From assembly GCA_963816145.1 (NCBI GenBank), contig CAWFJP010000013.1, forward strand, positions 96,001-160,000: a stretch of DNA of 64,000 bases, written 5' to 3'. This stretch comes from an uncultured delta proteobacterium. Lineage in GTDB: Bacteria > Desulfobacterota > Binatia > UBA9968. The translations under genes and the position numbers were made by a program. The notes beneath the pieces are model-generated. The model was given only the letters and a program-made list of their open reading frames with translations. It made no database searches and was not told where the DNA came from. Positions 20,520 to 30,102 of the stretch are shown here, piece by piece (position 1 is the stretch's first letter; each line of letters begins with the position of its first letter).

Positions 20520-20927
20520 ATGAACTGGCAAGAAGCACTCCCGCTGTTACAGAATAATCACACTGGTGTCGCGGCTACGGTCACGGCTAAGGGCCGTGCG
20601 CAGGCAACTATCGTATCGACGGCTGTGTTGGACGACAAAGTCGGCGTCGCGGCGCGGCCGCGCACCGTGAAAGAGAGAAACATTGCACGGACGGGCCGAG
20701 CGGCTATCACGGTCATCAAGCTCGACAACCGGCGCTATGTCACCGTCGAAGGCCCGGCGTCCATCGAGCCCTGGCAGGACACGCCGGCGCATATCAAGCG
20801 CTTGAAGGACTTTTACGTTTCGATGGGACGAGCCAAGGGGACTGATGAGGAATTTGCCAAACAGATGCGCGAGGAACAGCGCACCCTGATTCTTGTTACC
20901 CCCGAGCACCTCTATGGCAGCGTTTAA
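20520..20927 (+). CDS. Pyridoxamine 5'-phosphate oxidase-like (PPOX-class, possibly F420-binding) protein
   Basis: ATV...GRAQAT, KERNIAR, YVTVEG.A, MREEQR.LILVTP pattern; GGAGG RBS. Confidence 0.75.
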   Translation: MNWQEALPLLQNNHTGVAATVTAKGRAQATIVSTAVLDDKVGVAARPRTVKERNIARTGRAAITVIKLDNRRYVTVEGPASIEPWQDTPAHIKRLKDFYVSMGRAKGTDEEFAKQMREEQRTLILVTPEHLYGSV

Positions 20928-21115
20928 GCAAGAGCCCTAACGCATTTCCGTTTCGTCCGCCGAAGGGTTTGGGTGATTGGGTATTTGACTCAAACCGCCG
21001 CGCCAGCAACGCTGCTGATCGCAGAGGATGTCATCGCAGGAGGCAATTCTTTAGCGAAGATCACGGCGGTTGCAGCGCGGTACTTGCAGCATCGGTGGAA
21101 ACAAAGGGACAGCTT

Positions 21116-21706
21116 ATGGCCAGGATCAAAGGTGTAACCGAATCTAATGCCAATGATGACGTGCGGCAGATTATCGCCGAGCAGAAGAAACGTCATGGTT
21201 TTGTCTCAAACGCGGCGCAGGTGTCCGCCATAAGGCCGACCATTCAGCAGGGAGTTCAGGCGCTTGCCAAGGGAATTCAGGATTCAGGACTGATCGCGCA
21301 GGAACTGCGCAATTTGGTCTGCGTCAGGACCGCGCATATCAATGGTTGTCCGTATTGAATTGACAGTAATGCATCCGGGGCGATGCAAAACGGCGCAGCC
21401 GCGGAAAAGGTCGAAGCGGCTTTGGGCGATTACAAGAGGAATCCGTTGTTTTCCTTGCGCGAGCGGCTGGCGCTGGAGTTGGCGGAACGGATGACCTACA
21501 CCAGCAAGCGGGTCTCGGATAGGTTCTTCAAGCGGCTCAAAAAACATTTTAGCGACGAGGAGCTGGTCGAATTAGCCGCGGTGATCGCACTGGAGAACTT
21601 TCGCAGCAAGTTCAACCCGGTTTTTGCCATCGAGGCGAATCATTTTTGCTCTTTGCCGGGAATCATAGAAGCTGCTGCCGCCGCCACGCGGCGCTTCCAT
21701 GAGTAA
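21116..21706 (+). CDS. AhpD/carboxymuconolactone decarboxylase-like selenoprotein (CPYU, Sec81)
   Basis: ORFs 20969..21358 and 21383..21706 are in frame across TGA 21356-21358, giving NGCPY-U-IDSN. The C-terminal half has FSLRERLALELAERMT and HFSDEELVEL AhpD motifs. Hairpin follows 11 nt downstream. Confidence 0.85.
21370..21387 (+). promoter_or_regulatory. Candidate bacterial SECIS element
   Basis: UGCAUC-CGGGGC-GAUGCA: 6-bp stem, G at loop position 2, 11 nt after the UGA. Confidence 0.75.
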
Positions 21707-21780
21707 CCCGACGTGCCCGGGCGGTAGGCGGCTGGCCAAGACTGAATGGCCAAGCCGACCTGCCGTCCGCGCCACCTGCG

Positions 21781-22899
21781 TTAGTCCCTCAATAGGAACT
21801 CACCGGAAAATTTCACTTGCTCGTTCTCCGGCAACGGGTGATAGCGTGCCGCCTGAATGTCGCGGAACAGCCGCTCGAGGCCGAAGCTACGATAAAAACC
21901 GGCACCGCCGGCGATTTCCATCGCTTTGGTGACGACAGCGATGGCGGCGTTGGCGACATTGGTTTTCCGGGTCAGAATATCCTGACCGTTTTGATCCACG
22001 GCTTCGAATTCGTAATTCTCCGCGATGCGCAGCATGTCGTTCAACTGAACCTGGGCGGCGACCAAATCGTTGTGCAAAGTGCCGATCAAACCCGCCATTT
22101 GCGGCTTGGCGCTTTTTTGCCGTCGAATATGGCCGATCGCCAATTGCGCCGCTTTCTCGGCAATGCCCACATAGACCGACATGATCAGCGGCATCGCCAC
22201 GGTCAGGACGACATTCCAAACCGGATGATAGGTGCCGCGCGGCCGCTTGAGCGCGATGGCTGCGTCGGGCACGAAGACATTTTCCAGTTTAACGGTATGG
22301 GAGCCCGTGCCTCTCATGCCGAGGGCGCGCCAGTTGTTCAGTACCGTGACACCTTTGGCGTTCATCGGCACCGGGAAATGCAGCACCTCCCAGCCCCGTT
22401 CAGGGTCCATGTATGGCGCGCTGGTGATCAGCATGTCGCCTACCGCGGACTGACTGGCAAAATGTTTCTGCGCGCTGACCAGATAACCGCCGTCGGTTTT
22501 GCTCACCGTGCCGTTGGACTCGAGCCAATCGCCGGCGCCGGTGCTGACCAGCACGAGCTGTTTGTCGGCGACGTTCTTGAGCAGCGGCTCGCCGCCCTGG
22601 CCGCGCCGCCACTTCCAAATTGTCGCGGCGATCAGGTGCTGATGCATCGACAGCGCCAGTGCCGTCGAGCCGCAGTATTGGGCGAGGGTGCGCAGCATGT
22701 CGGCGATCTGGCGATGGGAAGCGCCGCCGCCGCCCAGTTCAGCCGGGATCGCCGCGCCGAACACGCGTGCTGCTTTGAGCGCGCCGTAGTTGTCGCTGAC
22801 AAAGCTGTCGCTCTCATCGCTCAGTTCTGCCCGGCCGGCGAATTCCTTGCCGAGACTATGGGCCACCTCGGTCCATTGAATTGGGTTTAACTGATTCAT
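21781..22899 (-). CDS. Acyl-CoA dehydrogenase-fold protein (flavin-dependent monooxygenase-like subfamily)
   Basis: Start MNQLNP after GAGGAGG; GSTALALSMH, WRALGMRGTGSH, LERLFRDIQAARYHP. Confidence 0.85.
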   Translation of the reverse strand: MNQLNPIQWTEVAHSLGKEFAGRAELSDESDSFVSDNYGALKAARVFGAAIPAELGGGGASHRQIADMLRTLAQYCGSTALALSMHQHLIAATIWKWRRGQGGEPLLKNVADKQLVLVSTGAGDWLESNGTVSKTDGGYLVSAQKHFASQSAVGDMLITSAPYMDPERGWEVLHFPVPMNAKGVTVLNNWRALGMRGTGSHTVKLENVFVPDAAIALKRPRGTYHPVWNVVLTVAMPLIMSVYVGIAEKAAQLAIGHIRRQKSAKPQMAGLIGTLHNDLVAAQVQLNDMLRIAENYEFEAVDQNGQDILTRKTNVANAAIAVVTKAMEIAGGAGFYRSFGLERLFRDIQAARYHPLPENEQVKFSGEFLLRD

Positions 22900-23000
22900 A
22901 ATCGACCTCCTCAAAAATTATTCTGCCGCTGAATATAATCTCCGGCGCCGATCGGTGCTTTGTTGAAAAGGCCGGAAGTTTGACTGAGCGGCTCTTTGAA

Positions 23001-23888
23001 TTATAAAGCGACCCGGCCGGGGCTTTCCTTGCGGTAATGCGCCGGGGGCACGCCGAATTTGTCCTTGAATGCCCGGCTGAAGTGGGAGAGGTCTTCGAAG
23101 CCGCAGTCTAGAGCGACTTGGGACACATTAAGCGCGGGATTTTTCAGCAGCACAGCGGAGTAGTCCAGCCGTTTGTGCAATAGCCACCTGCCGGGCGATT
23201 GCTTGTAGTACTTCTGAAAGTCGCGTTTGAAGGTCGACAGACTGCGATGGGTTAACTTCGCGAAATCTTCGAGACCGAGGTTGTAACAAAAATTTGCCTC
23301 CATGATTTGCGACAGTGGCGGCGCAGCGCTTTTCAGCAGCGATTGAAAATAGGCCGCGAGCTCGGGATTGTTGCGCCCCAGCAATATGCTGACGATCAAT
23401 TCTTTGAGTTTGAGCGTCAGCAAGCTGTCCGCCGGCTTGGCCGTTCCGGTGAAATAGGCCAGCATCGATTGAAAATAAGCGGCCAAGGTCATGTCGCCGT
23501 TGACCAGAATCGCGCCTTGATGGAGCGGGTCGCCGTCGTGCTGGCTGCTCAGCTGGCCGGAAACTTCCTTGACCACTTCGCGGGTAAAATCATCGGAAAC
23601 GAAGAACACCAAAAGACAAAAATCTTCCCTGAAATCCTGGTGCACGATGGCGGCGCCCTTCTTGAAAAATAGCGTCTGGCCTTTTTCCAAGGTCCACGAT
23701 CCTTCGGTCGTGCGCCAGGTTTTTTTGCCGCTGACCACATGAACGAAATAATCGATCGGTGTCCATGCGCCGGCGACATCTTGCTCGATGGGGCATTTGT
23801 ACTCGACGAAAAGCAGCTCCCCAACCGAGAATTTATTGAAATGCAGATTGTCGCGAATGGTCTCGTACATATTCATCATGGGGATCAT
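23001..23888 (-). CDS. AraC family transcriptional regulator
   Basis: C-terminal HTH RSLSTFKRDF ... VSQVALDCGFEDLSHFSRAFK. Confidence 0.92.
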   Translation of the reverse strand: MIPMMNMYETIRDNLHFNKFSVGELLFVEYKCPIEQDVAGAWTPIDYFVHVVSGKKTWRTTEGSWTLEKGQTLFFKKGAAIVHQDFREDFCLLVFFVSDDFTREVVKEVSGQLSSQHDGDPLHQGAILVNGDMTLAAYFQSMLAYFTGTAKPADSLLTLKLKELIVSILLGRNNPELAAYFQSLLKSAAPPLSQIMEANFCYNLGLEDFAKLTHRSLSTFKRDFQKYYKQSPGRWLLHKRLDYSAVLLKNPALNVSQVALDCGFEDLSHFSRAFKDKFGVPPAHYRKESPGRVAL

Positions 23889-24136
23889 CGGCGCTAGCCT
23901 CCTGCGGATATTTACGCGTTACCTGGGAAACTCACCACTCAATTATTTTGCTCTTTTGCCGGGGGCTTTCAAGTATCGGAGATATCGATGAGCGGGCACA
24001 AGCCGATCAGGTTGACAGGATCGCGGGTTAGCGCTTACTGTCGGCAAAAGTGACGACGGTGCGGCGCAGGTTTCGCATTCGACGGTGCGCGCCCGCGCGG
24101 CGCTAAATTCAACTCGACCAAACCGGAGGTATTCCC

Positions 24137-24766
24137 ATGATGACGCTTTTTTTCAGTCCTGGTGCTTGCTCTTTGGCTTCGCATATCGGTCTCGAAGAAA
24201 CCGGCGCGCCCTATGAGCTCAAACCGATCTTGCTGACCAAGGGGCAGCAGCGCACCGCGGATTATCTGAAGATCAACCCGCGCGGTAAAGTGCCGGCGCT
24301 CAGCGTCGACGGCAAGATCCTGGTCGAGAACACCGGCATACTCACATACCTGGCGCGGAGGTTCCCGGACAAAAAGCTGCTGCCGGCCGATCCTGCCGAG
24401 GAAGGGCGCTGTGTCGGTACCATGTGCTGGTTCTCCAGTGTCGTCCATCCGTCGTACCAGCGCTTCCATCGCCCCGAGCGTTTCGCCGACAGCGAAGTGG
24501 CGCACGCCGCGGTCAAGGAAAACGGCAAGAAGTCGTTTTGGGCCAATCTCCAGGAGATCGACTCGATGATCCAGGCGAACGGCTGGGTCATGGGCAAAGA
24601 TTTCACGGTCGTCGACGGCTACGCGCTGGTCTTCTACGGCTGGGCGAGCCGCAGCGGCATGCCGGTGACAGAGCTCAAATCGTACACGGCCTGGCGCGAG
24701 CGCATGATGCAACGACCGACAGTCAAGAAGAGTGTCGAGAGTGAGGAAAGCGTTTCGACGTCATAG
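24137..24766 (+). CDS. Glutathione S-transferase (beta class-like)
   Basis: FSPGACSLASHI, INPRGKVPAL; GGAGG RBS. Confidence 0.92.
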   Translation: MMTLFFSPGACSLASHIGLEETGAPYELKPILLTKGQQRTADYLKINPRGKVPALSVDGKILVENTGILTYLARRFPDKKLLPADPAEEGRCVGTMCWFSSVVHPSYQRFHRPERFADSEVAHAAVKENGKKSFWANLQEIDSMIQANGWVMGKDFTVVDGYALVFYGWASRSGMPVTELKSYTAWRERMMQRPTVKKSVESEESVSTS

Positions 24767-24898
24767 TTGGGTAGCGTTTTCTCCACCTCGACGTCCGTTA
24801 AGAAATTGGCCGGGATTGCCAGATCGTCGAATTGCTTGAGTCTGACGCAGTTTGCCGGCGCAGGTTCGACGGCGATAGGCCCAAACGGAGGAAGCAAA

Positions 24899-25969
24899 AT
24901 GGCTCGGCGCAGCTGGCCGGTTTTATTCGCGGCGGTGATCGCTTCGGGTTTGTTTTTAGCAAGCCGGCCGGTGTTCGCCCAGGAGCCATTTTACAAAGGC
25001 AAGACCGTTCGCTTGCTGGTTAATTATCCTGCCGGAGGAGCCACCGATGTGGTCGCCAGGCTGGTCTCGAGATATTTGGGCAAGCATCTCGCCGGCAATC
25101 CTACGGTCGCGGTTCAGAACATGCCCGGCGGCGGGGGCAATGTCGGCGCCAACTATGTGTACGAGGTCGCCAGTGCCGACGGCTTGACCGTCGGAGTTTT
25201 CTCCGGCGGCTATTTGCCGCAGATCCTCGGCGGCGCCGGCGTGCGCTTTGATCTCAACAAAATGCCGATGATCGCGGGGGTCGGCGAGACCTCGGTGGTG
25301 TACATTCGCGCCGATACCGGGGTCAAAGGCCCCGGTGAAATTCTCAAACCGGCCAAGCCGATCGTCATCGGCGGATTCACCCGCGAGAGCAACAAAGATC
25401 TGGCGTTGCGGATGGCGCTCGATCTTCTCGGCGTGCCTTACCGTTACGTGACCGGCTACGCCGGCGAAGCCGACCTCCGGCTGGCCGTCCAGCGGGGCGA
25501 AATCAATTACACTTCCGAGGGTCTTACCGGCTATACCATGGGCGGCGCCTTGATGGCGCGAGAAGGTGTCGTGGTGCCGATCTATCAAGACGGTTTGACC
25601 GGACCCGATGGAGAGATCGTTCGCGATCTACGCGCCGACCTGCCGACGTTCAAGGAATTCTTTCGAGCGGCGAAGAAAGCCGATTTCTCTGGGCCTTTGG
25701 CCGACGCCTTCAAGATTTCCGGAGCGGTACGTAGTCTCGGCAGGTTTGTCGTCGCGCCACCGAAGACGCCGGCGACGGCAATCGAGACGCTGCATAAAGG
25801 TTTTCGCGAGACCTTTGACGATCCGGAATTCAAGGCGGAGGCGGAACGCGTGTTGCGATTCCAATTGGTGAGTTTTGTCGGCGAGGACGCGGCCAAGGTT
25901 AACACTGCGGTGTTTCGCGCCGCTACCGGACCGGTGCGGGAAGCCCTGCGAAAGATGACTCAGGAGTAA
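24899..25969 (+). CDS. TctC/Bug-like substrate-binding protein
   Basis: Start MARRS after GGAGG; FYKGKTVRLLVNYPAGGATD, GNPTVAVQNMPGGGG. Confidence 0.85.
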   Translation: MARRSWPVLFAAVIASGLFLASRPVFAQEPFYKGKTVRLLVNYPAGGATDVVARLVSRYLGKHLAGNPTVAVQNMPGGGGNVGANYVYEVASADGLTVGVFSGGYLPQILGGAGVRFDLNKMPMIAGVGETSVVYIRADTGVKGPGEILKPAKPIVIGGFTRESNKDLALRMALDLLGVPYRYVTGYAGEADLRLAVQRGEINYTSEGLTGYTMGGALMAREGVVVPIYQDGLTGPDGEIVRDLRADLPTFKEFFRAAKKADFSGPLADAFKISGAVRSLGRFVVAPPKTPATAIETLHKGFRETFDDPEFKAEAERVLRFQLVSFVGEDAAKVNTAVFRAATGPVREALRKMTQE

Positions 25970-26014
25970 GCAGCGCACGAAAGTATCTTATCTCGGAATG
26001 TTGACGCCGGTTGA

Positions 26015-26065
26015 GAGATTGACTCGACGATCCAACGCGCCGGCTGGGTCATGGGTCAAGAGTTC
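26015..26065 (+). pseudogene. Short relic of the upstream GST gene
   Basis: Encodes EIDSTIQRAGWVMGQEF versus GST EIDSMIQANGWVMGKDF (24554-24604); 40 of 51 nt identical by manual count. Confidence 0.6.
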
Positions 26066-26171
26066 AAATTTTGGCTCCATGATCTACCGGGCTCGATTTA
26101 TAGCGGTTCATCGGCAGGATCACGGCAAAAGACTTGCCGCAGGCAGGAAGTCTCATATCTCGGAGGTGCAT

Positions 26172-27272
26172 ATGAAACGCGACAAGCCCAAATGGCGGGT
26201 GTTTCGGCAAATATCTCTTCGCTCCGCATTTGGCGCGCCACTGCTCGGTCTTTGCTTTGATCTCTTCATGGCCGGCATTGCTTTTCCGCAAGCTTCTTTC
26301 TTCCAGGGGAAAACCGTTACCATCCTTGAGAGTAGCGCGCCAGGGGGAGTCGGCAGCATGCGGACCAAAGCCGTTGTGCCTTTTCTCCAGAAGTATATTC
26401 CGGGAAATCCCACCATTGTGATGCAGCACATGGACGGCGGCGGCGGACGCAAGGCGGCCAATCACATTTATCAATCGGTCCGTCCGGACGGCCTGACCAT
26501 TGGCCGTATGTCGACGCCATTCGTGATGCATCCCATTCTCGGAGAGAGTGGAATTCTCTATGACATCGATAAAGTGAGCTATCTGGGCACCAGCTATAGC
26601 GGCGGCTACCATGTTTTTTTCACGCGCCGGGAATCGGGCCTCGACAGTCTAGAGAAGCTTCGCGCGGCTTCAGGTTTGAGAATCGGTTCCCAGTCGGTCG
26701 GGCACCTGATCTACATCTCCGGTCGAATGTTTGCGTATCTGATCGGCCTAAAACAACCGAGATTCGTCACCGGGTACAACTCACCCGAACTCGATGTCGC
26801 CATCGAGCAGGGCGAGATCGACACTAGGTCAACCGTGGCAGACGCACTCCTGCACGAGAAACCTCAATGGGTCGACAAAGCACAGATGGACTTCCACAGT
26901 ATCATCGAGGTTCCGAAAGGGCGGAAACACAGCCACCCGCACTTTGCCAGACTCCCTGACATCGAGAGCTTTGCGAGTTCGGCCATGGACCGGAAACTCA
27001 TCGGGCTGTACCGGGCGTTCATCGGCAGCGGCAACCCGCTAATCCTGCCTCCCGGCACCCCGAAAGACCGAGTCCGCATCCTGCAGGAAGCGATGCGCAA
27101 GACTTATCGAGACCCCGAGTTTGGCAAGGAGTATGCAAAGCTCACCGGCCTAAAGGCTGAACCGCAAATGCCGGAGGAACTGGAGCAAACGATCAGAGAT
27201 ATGCCGCGCGACCGGGAAGCCGTAGAGCTGTTCAAAAAACTCACCGGCCCGGACCCGCTACCGCAGAGGTAA
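26172..27272 (+). CDS. TctC/Bug-like substrate-binding protein
   Basis: Start MKRDKP after GGAGG; FFQGKTVTI, IPGNPTIV, VRPDGLTIG, PPGTPKDRV. Confidence 0.85.
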   Translation: MKRDKPKWRVFRQISLRSAFGAPLLGLCFDLFMAGIAFPQASFFQGKTVTILESSAPGGVGSMRTKAVVPFLQKYIPGNPTIVMQHMDGGGGRKAANHIYQSVRPDGLTIGRMSTPFVMHPILGESGILYDIDKVSYLGTSYSGGYHVFFTRRESGLDSLEKLRAASGLRIGSQSVGHLIYISGRMFAYLIGLKQPRFVTGYNSPELDVAIEQGEIDTRSTVADALLHEKPQWVDKAQMDFHSIIEVPKGRKHSHPHFARLPDIESFASSAMDRKLIGLYRAFIGSGNPLILPPGTPKDRVRILQEAMRKTYRDPEFGKEYAKLTGLKAEPQMPEELEQTIRDMPRDREAVELFKKLTGPDPLPQR

Positions 27273-27385
27273 AGAGCCGATAACTTTCACCCGGTGGTGT
27301 ATTCAGTCATGCGGAAGAAACCCAAAGCGCGCGAAGAAACGATTTGTTTTCTGCGGCCATCAGCGCGCGACGAGGAGGAACAAAT

Positions 27386-27943
27386 ATGACCGCCGAACCC
27401 GAAGGCCCTCGCGTAGGGACCATAGGCCCGGAGTTTCACATCGCCACGGCTGCTGGCTGGCTGCCGCTGCGTCAGTTGGCCGCGCAATATAAGAAACTGG
27501 TTCTCACGACCCAAGATAGTTACCGATATCATCCAAACTGAGCCGCCAGCATGGCTGCTTCGTTGAAGCAGGATTATGCAAAAATTCTCAAGGCGGGAGC
27601 GGACCTCGTCATGATCTCGCCCGATTCTCTTGACGAGCATCGTCAATATGGGCTGACACTCTTCGGCGAGGAACTCCCCTATCTGTTTGTTTCCGACAGC
27701 GACCTCGACATAGCGCGGCGCTACGGCCTGCTCCGTGGCGAAGAGCATCACCACGGCGGTTTTTATTATCGCTCGCTCTGGGTACTGGATCGTGACGCTG
27801 TTATTGCGCACAAGAGCGTTCCCTGGGACGGCAACGCGCAGGTTGAAGAGTACCTGAAATTATTCACACTCATTGGCAGCGAACCGGGAGAATGGCGAGC
27901 CACCTGTGGCTTGAGACAGCCAGGAAATTTGCCTGCGAGTTGA
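27386..27943 (+). CDS. Peroxiredoxin/redoxin (AhpC-TSA-like) selenoprotein (HPNU, Sec52)
   Basis: ATG after GAGGAGG. ORFs 27344..27541 and 27551..27943 are in frame across TGA 27539-27541. VGTIGPEF (Prx N-terminal G..AP.F-like), then ISPDS...H, LPYLFVSD, ARRYGL, RSLWVLD. Hairpin downstream. Confidence 0.8.
27555..27571 (+). promoter_or_regulatory. Candidate bacterial SECIS element
   Basis: CUGCUUC-GUU-GAAGCAG: 7-bp stem, G first in the loop, 13 nt after the UGA. Confidence 0.65.
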
Positions 27944-28008
27944 AATCGAGGGGACAAGGCAATCCCGCCTTACACGTTTGAGGGCGTGTGCGTAGCCGGG
28001 CAAATACC

Positions 28009-28683
28009 ATGTGGACATATATCGGCCAGAAGCGGCCGCCTTTCGCCATAACACCGGGGCTCGGACAGGAGTCGGTGTGGGATTATCCGCGGCCGCCAAA
28101 ACTGATTGCTGAGCAGCGGCGCATTGTCGTTCGGCGCGGCGATCTGCTGATCGCCGACTCGCGTGAAAGTTATCGCATTCTGGAGACCGCGGCGCCGCCG
28201 ACTTTTTACATTCCACCGCGCGATGTCCATGTCGAACTGCTGCAGCCGTTTCCCGGCACGTCGATTTGCGAATGGAAAGGCGCGGCGCAGTACTGGACAT
28301 TGGCAATGGCGACATCGGCGCGGGAAGCGATCGGCTGGAGTTATCCGCAGGCGCAAGCGCCGTACGGCGCGATTGCAGATTTCTTTTCCTTCTATCCCGG
28401 CCGTGTCGAGTGTTTCGTCGACGGCGAGCGCGTGCGCCCGCAGCCGGGTTATTTCTACGGCGGTTGGATAACTGATGAAATTGTCGGGCCTTGGAAGGGG
28501 GAGCCGGGGACGGTTTGGCAAAGAAGTGCCGCATGGCGGGACAACGTCCCGTGGTTACTCGTTGGAGCGGCTGCTTGTTATCTTGTCAGGCTTACTTGCG
28601 GCAATCGCCTTGAGCACCTCTTCGGCCACTACCCGGTGACCCGCTTCGTTGTAATGGCCGAAAACACCAAAAGGAAACAGTGA
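28009..28683 (+). CDS. DUF427 (NTP_transf_9) family protein, copy 1, with aberrant C-terminal extension
   Basis: ESVWDYPRPP, LETAAPPTFYIP, CEWKG.A.YW, WSYP motifs. Diverges from copy 2 after GEPGT (28513) and runs antisense into the next gene. Confidence 0.75.
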   Translation: MWTYIGQKRPPFAITPGLGQESVWDYPRPPKLIAEQRRIVVRRGDLLIADSRESYRILETAAPPTFYIPPRDVHVELLQPFPGTSICEWKGAAQYWTLAMATSAREAIGWSYPQAQAPYGAIADFFSFYPGRVECFVDGERVRPQPGYFYGGWITDEIVGPWKGEPGTVWQRSAAWRDNVPWLLVGAAACYLVRLTCGNRLEHLFGHYPVTRFVVMAENTKRKQ

Positions 28684-30102
28684 CAAAGGGTCTTTCTGAG
28701 CGTAAAAGCCTTGGAGAGTATCCACAATCGAAACATTTGACGCACGCGCCGCTGTATTAATCAGCGCGCGCTCTTGGTCAAGTAGCGGTGATCTCGAACC
28801 AAATCGTTTCCAAGTGGGAAGGTAGACGAGGTGAAGCTTGCCACCCCATTCTCCGACACGTTTGTTCGCCCGGGCTAGAATATCACCGAACAGTCTTATG
28901 TTAGCATTGTCTAAGCCAGACAAGGTCTCGGCTTGCCGTCCGTAAACTAATCCTAATTTACTCCTCACCCTGTTAAACTTTATGGCGTCGACAATCGTTT
29001 TCAACTTATTATCCGGGGGACCCTCCACATGAGCCGCCTTTCCCCGGAACAGTTCCGCTTCCGAGTAGCTGGTGAGAGCTTTGTCGATGTCACTTTGACG
29101 GGATATCAGGCCCTGGTCGAAACCATCTTCCATATAGCGCATCGCTAGCTGGCTCTTGCGTTCATATTGCAAGTATTCGAGATCGATTCCTTCCAAATAA
29201 AACCAAAGAACAATCTCCGGCCTAAGATTAGTCAAGTATTCGTTAATCGCCCCGAGCTGCTTTAGGGGGCCTTCTCCAGAGAAGCCGAGATTGAGCGTGG
29301 CCGGATACTGTTTTCGAACGAGATCAACGAAATTCTTGCCTGCAGGAGCGCAAAAGCCCTGCACAAAGGATTGACCCAATGCCGTGATCTTCACCTGACG
29401 CGAAGACCAGATTCCACGAGGGTTATTAAATCCACGCTCGTCACTTTTGTAACTGGTGAAACTTCCCGTTTGATTACAGGCGATCGTTAGCTTGTCAGAG
29501 ATTCCACCCATAGGAATCAGTTCCGCATGGTTTACCTCAAGCTGCGACCGGATGCTGCCATCAGGCCGTTCTTCCATGAATCTGGTACCCACAAAGGGCG
29601 TAGCGTCGATACCCAGCGTTCGCAAGTCCGTAATTACGGTAGATATATGTCGAGTATCGAAATCAACGCCAGCCTGTCTTGCCATCATGAGGATACGTCG
29701 TTTCTGCTCTGATCCCGGTCCGAATCCCCAGTACGGCAACTCCGTTGCGACGTTTTCCCCGTGAGCCAAAAGCATTTCTCCTACCCACGCCAAAGTCAAA
29801 ACCCCGCCTAAGAAACAAGCGACTGCAAGTTTGTAAGCACGTTTAAGTCGAAGCGACAGAAAGAGCAAAACGCTGATAGAAACTGGAACAAACCGGTAAA
29901 GAAACCCACCGCCAACACCCGTAAACGACCGATTACGAAGCCAGTCATAGTGATAAAAAATATATAGAGCAACAAAAGCCGCGGCCGCGCCGCCCCCGGC
30001 CAAAACGGAATCGACTACTTTTGTCTTATTTGTCGAAACATTTCCTATTACACCATTCAGCATAGTTCGAACGAGTGATTGGGTTTTTGATGGGATATTC
30101 AT
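28555..30102 (-). CDS. Membrane-anchored SGNH-hydrolase-like protein (lower GC)
   Basis: About three N-terminal hydrophobic segments; SDERGFNNP, LGQSFVQG (GDS-like block), NLGFSGEG, GHYNEAGH. Visibly more AT-rich than its neighbours. Confidence 0.7.
   Translation of the reverse strand: MNIPSKTQSLVRTMLNGVIGNVSTNKTKVVDSVLAGGGAAAAFVALYIFYHYDWLRNRSFTGVGGGFLYRFVPVSISVLLFLSLRLKRAYKLAVACFLGGVLTLAWVGEMLLAHGENVATELPYWGFGPGSEQKRRILMMARQAGVDFDTRHISTVITDLRTLGIDATPFVGTRFMEERPDGSIRSQLEVNHAELIPMGGISDKLTIACNQTGSFTSYKSDERGFNNPRGIWSSRQVKITALGQSFVQGFCAPAGKNFVDLVRKQYPATLNLGFSGEGPLKQLGAINEYLTNLRPEIVLWFYLEGIDLEYLQYERKSQLAMRYMEDGFDQGLISRQSDIDKALTSYSEAELFRGKAAHVEGPPDNKLKTIVDAIKFNRVRSKLGLVYGRQAETLSGLDNANIRLFGDILARANKRVGEWGGKLHLVYLPTWKRFGSRSPLLDQERALINTAARASNVSIVDTLQGFYAQKDPLSLFPFGVFGHYNEAGHRVVAEEVLKAIAASKPDKITSSRSNE

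Noticed and set aside
24764-24899. GST TAG stop in frame with the following TctC-like ORF (possible amber readthrough)
   Set aside because: The GST is complete, the downstream gene has its own GGAGG RBS and signal peptide at 24899, and a 44-codon open stretch is unremarkable at this GC content.
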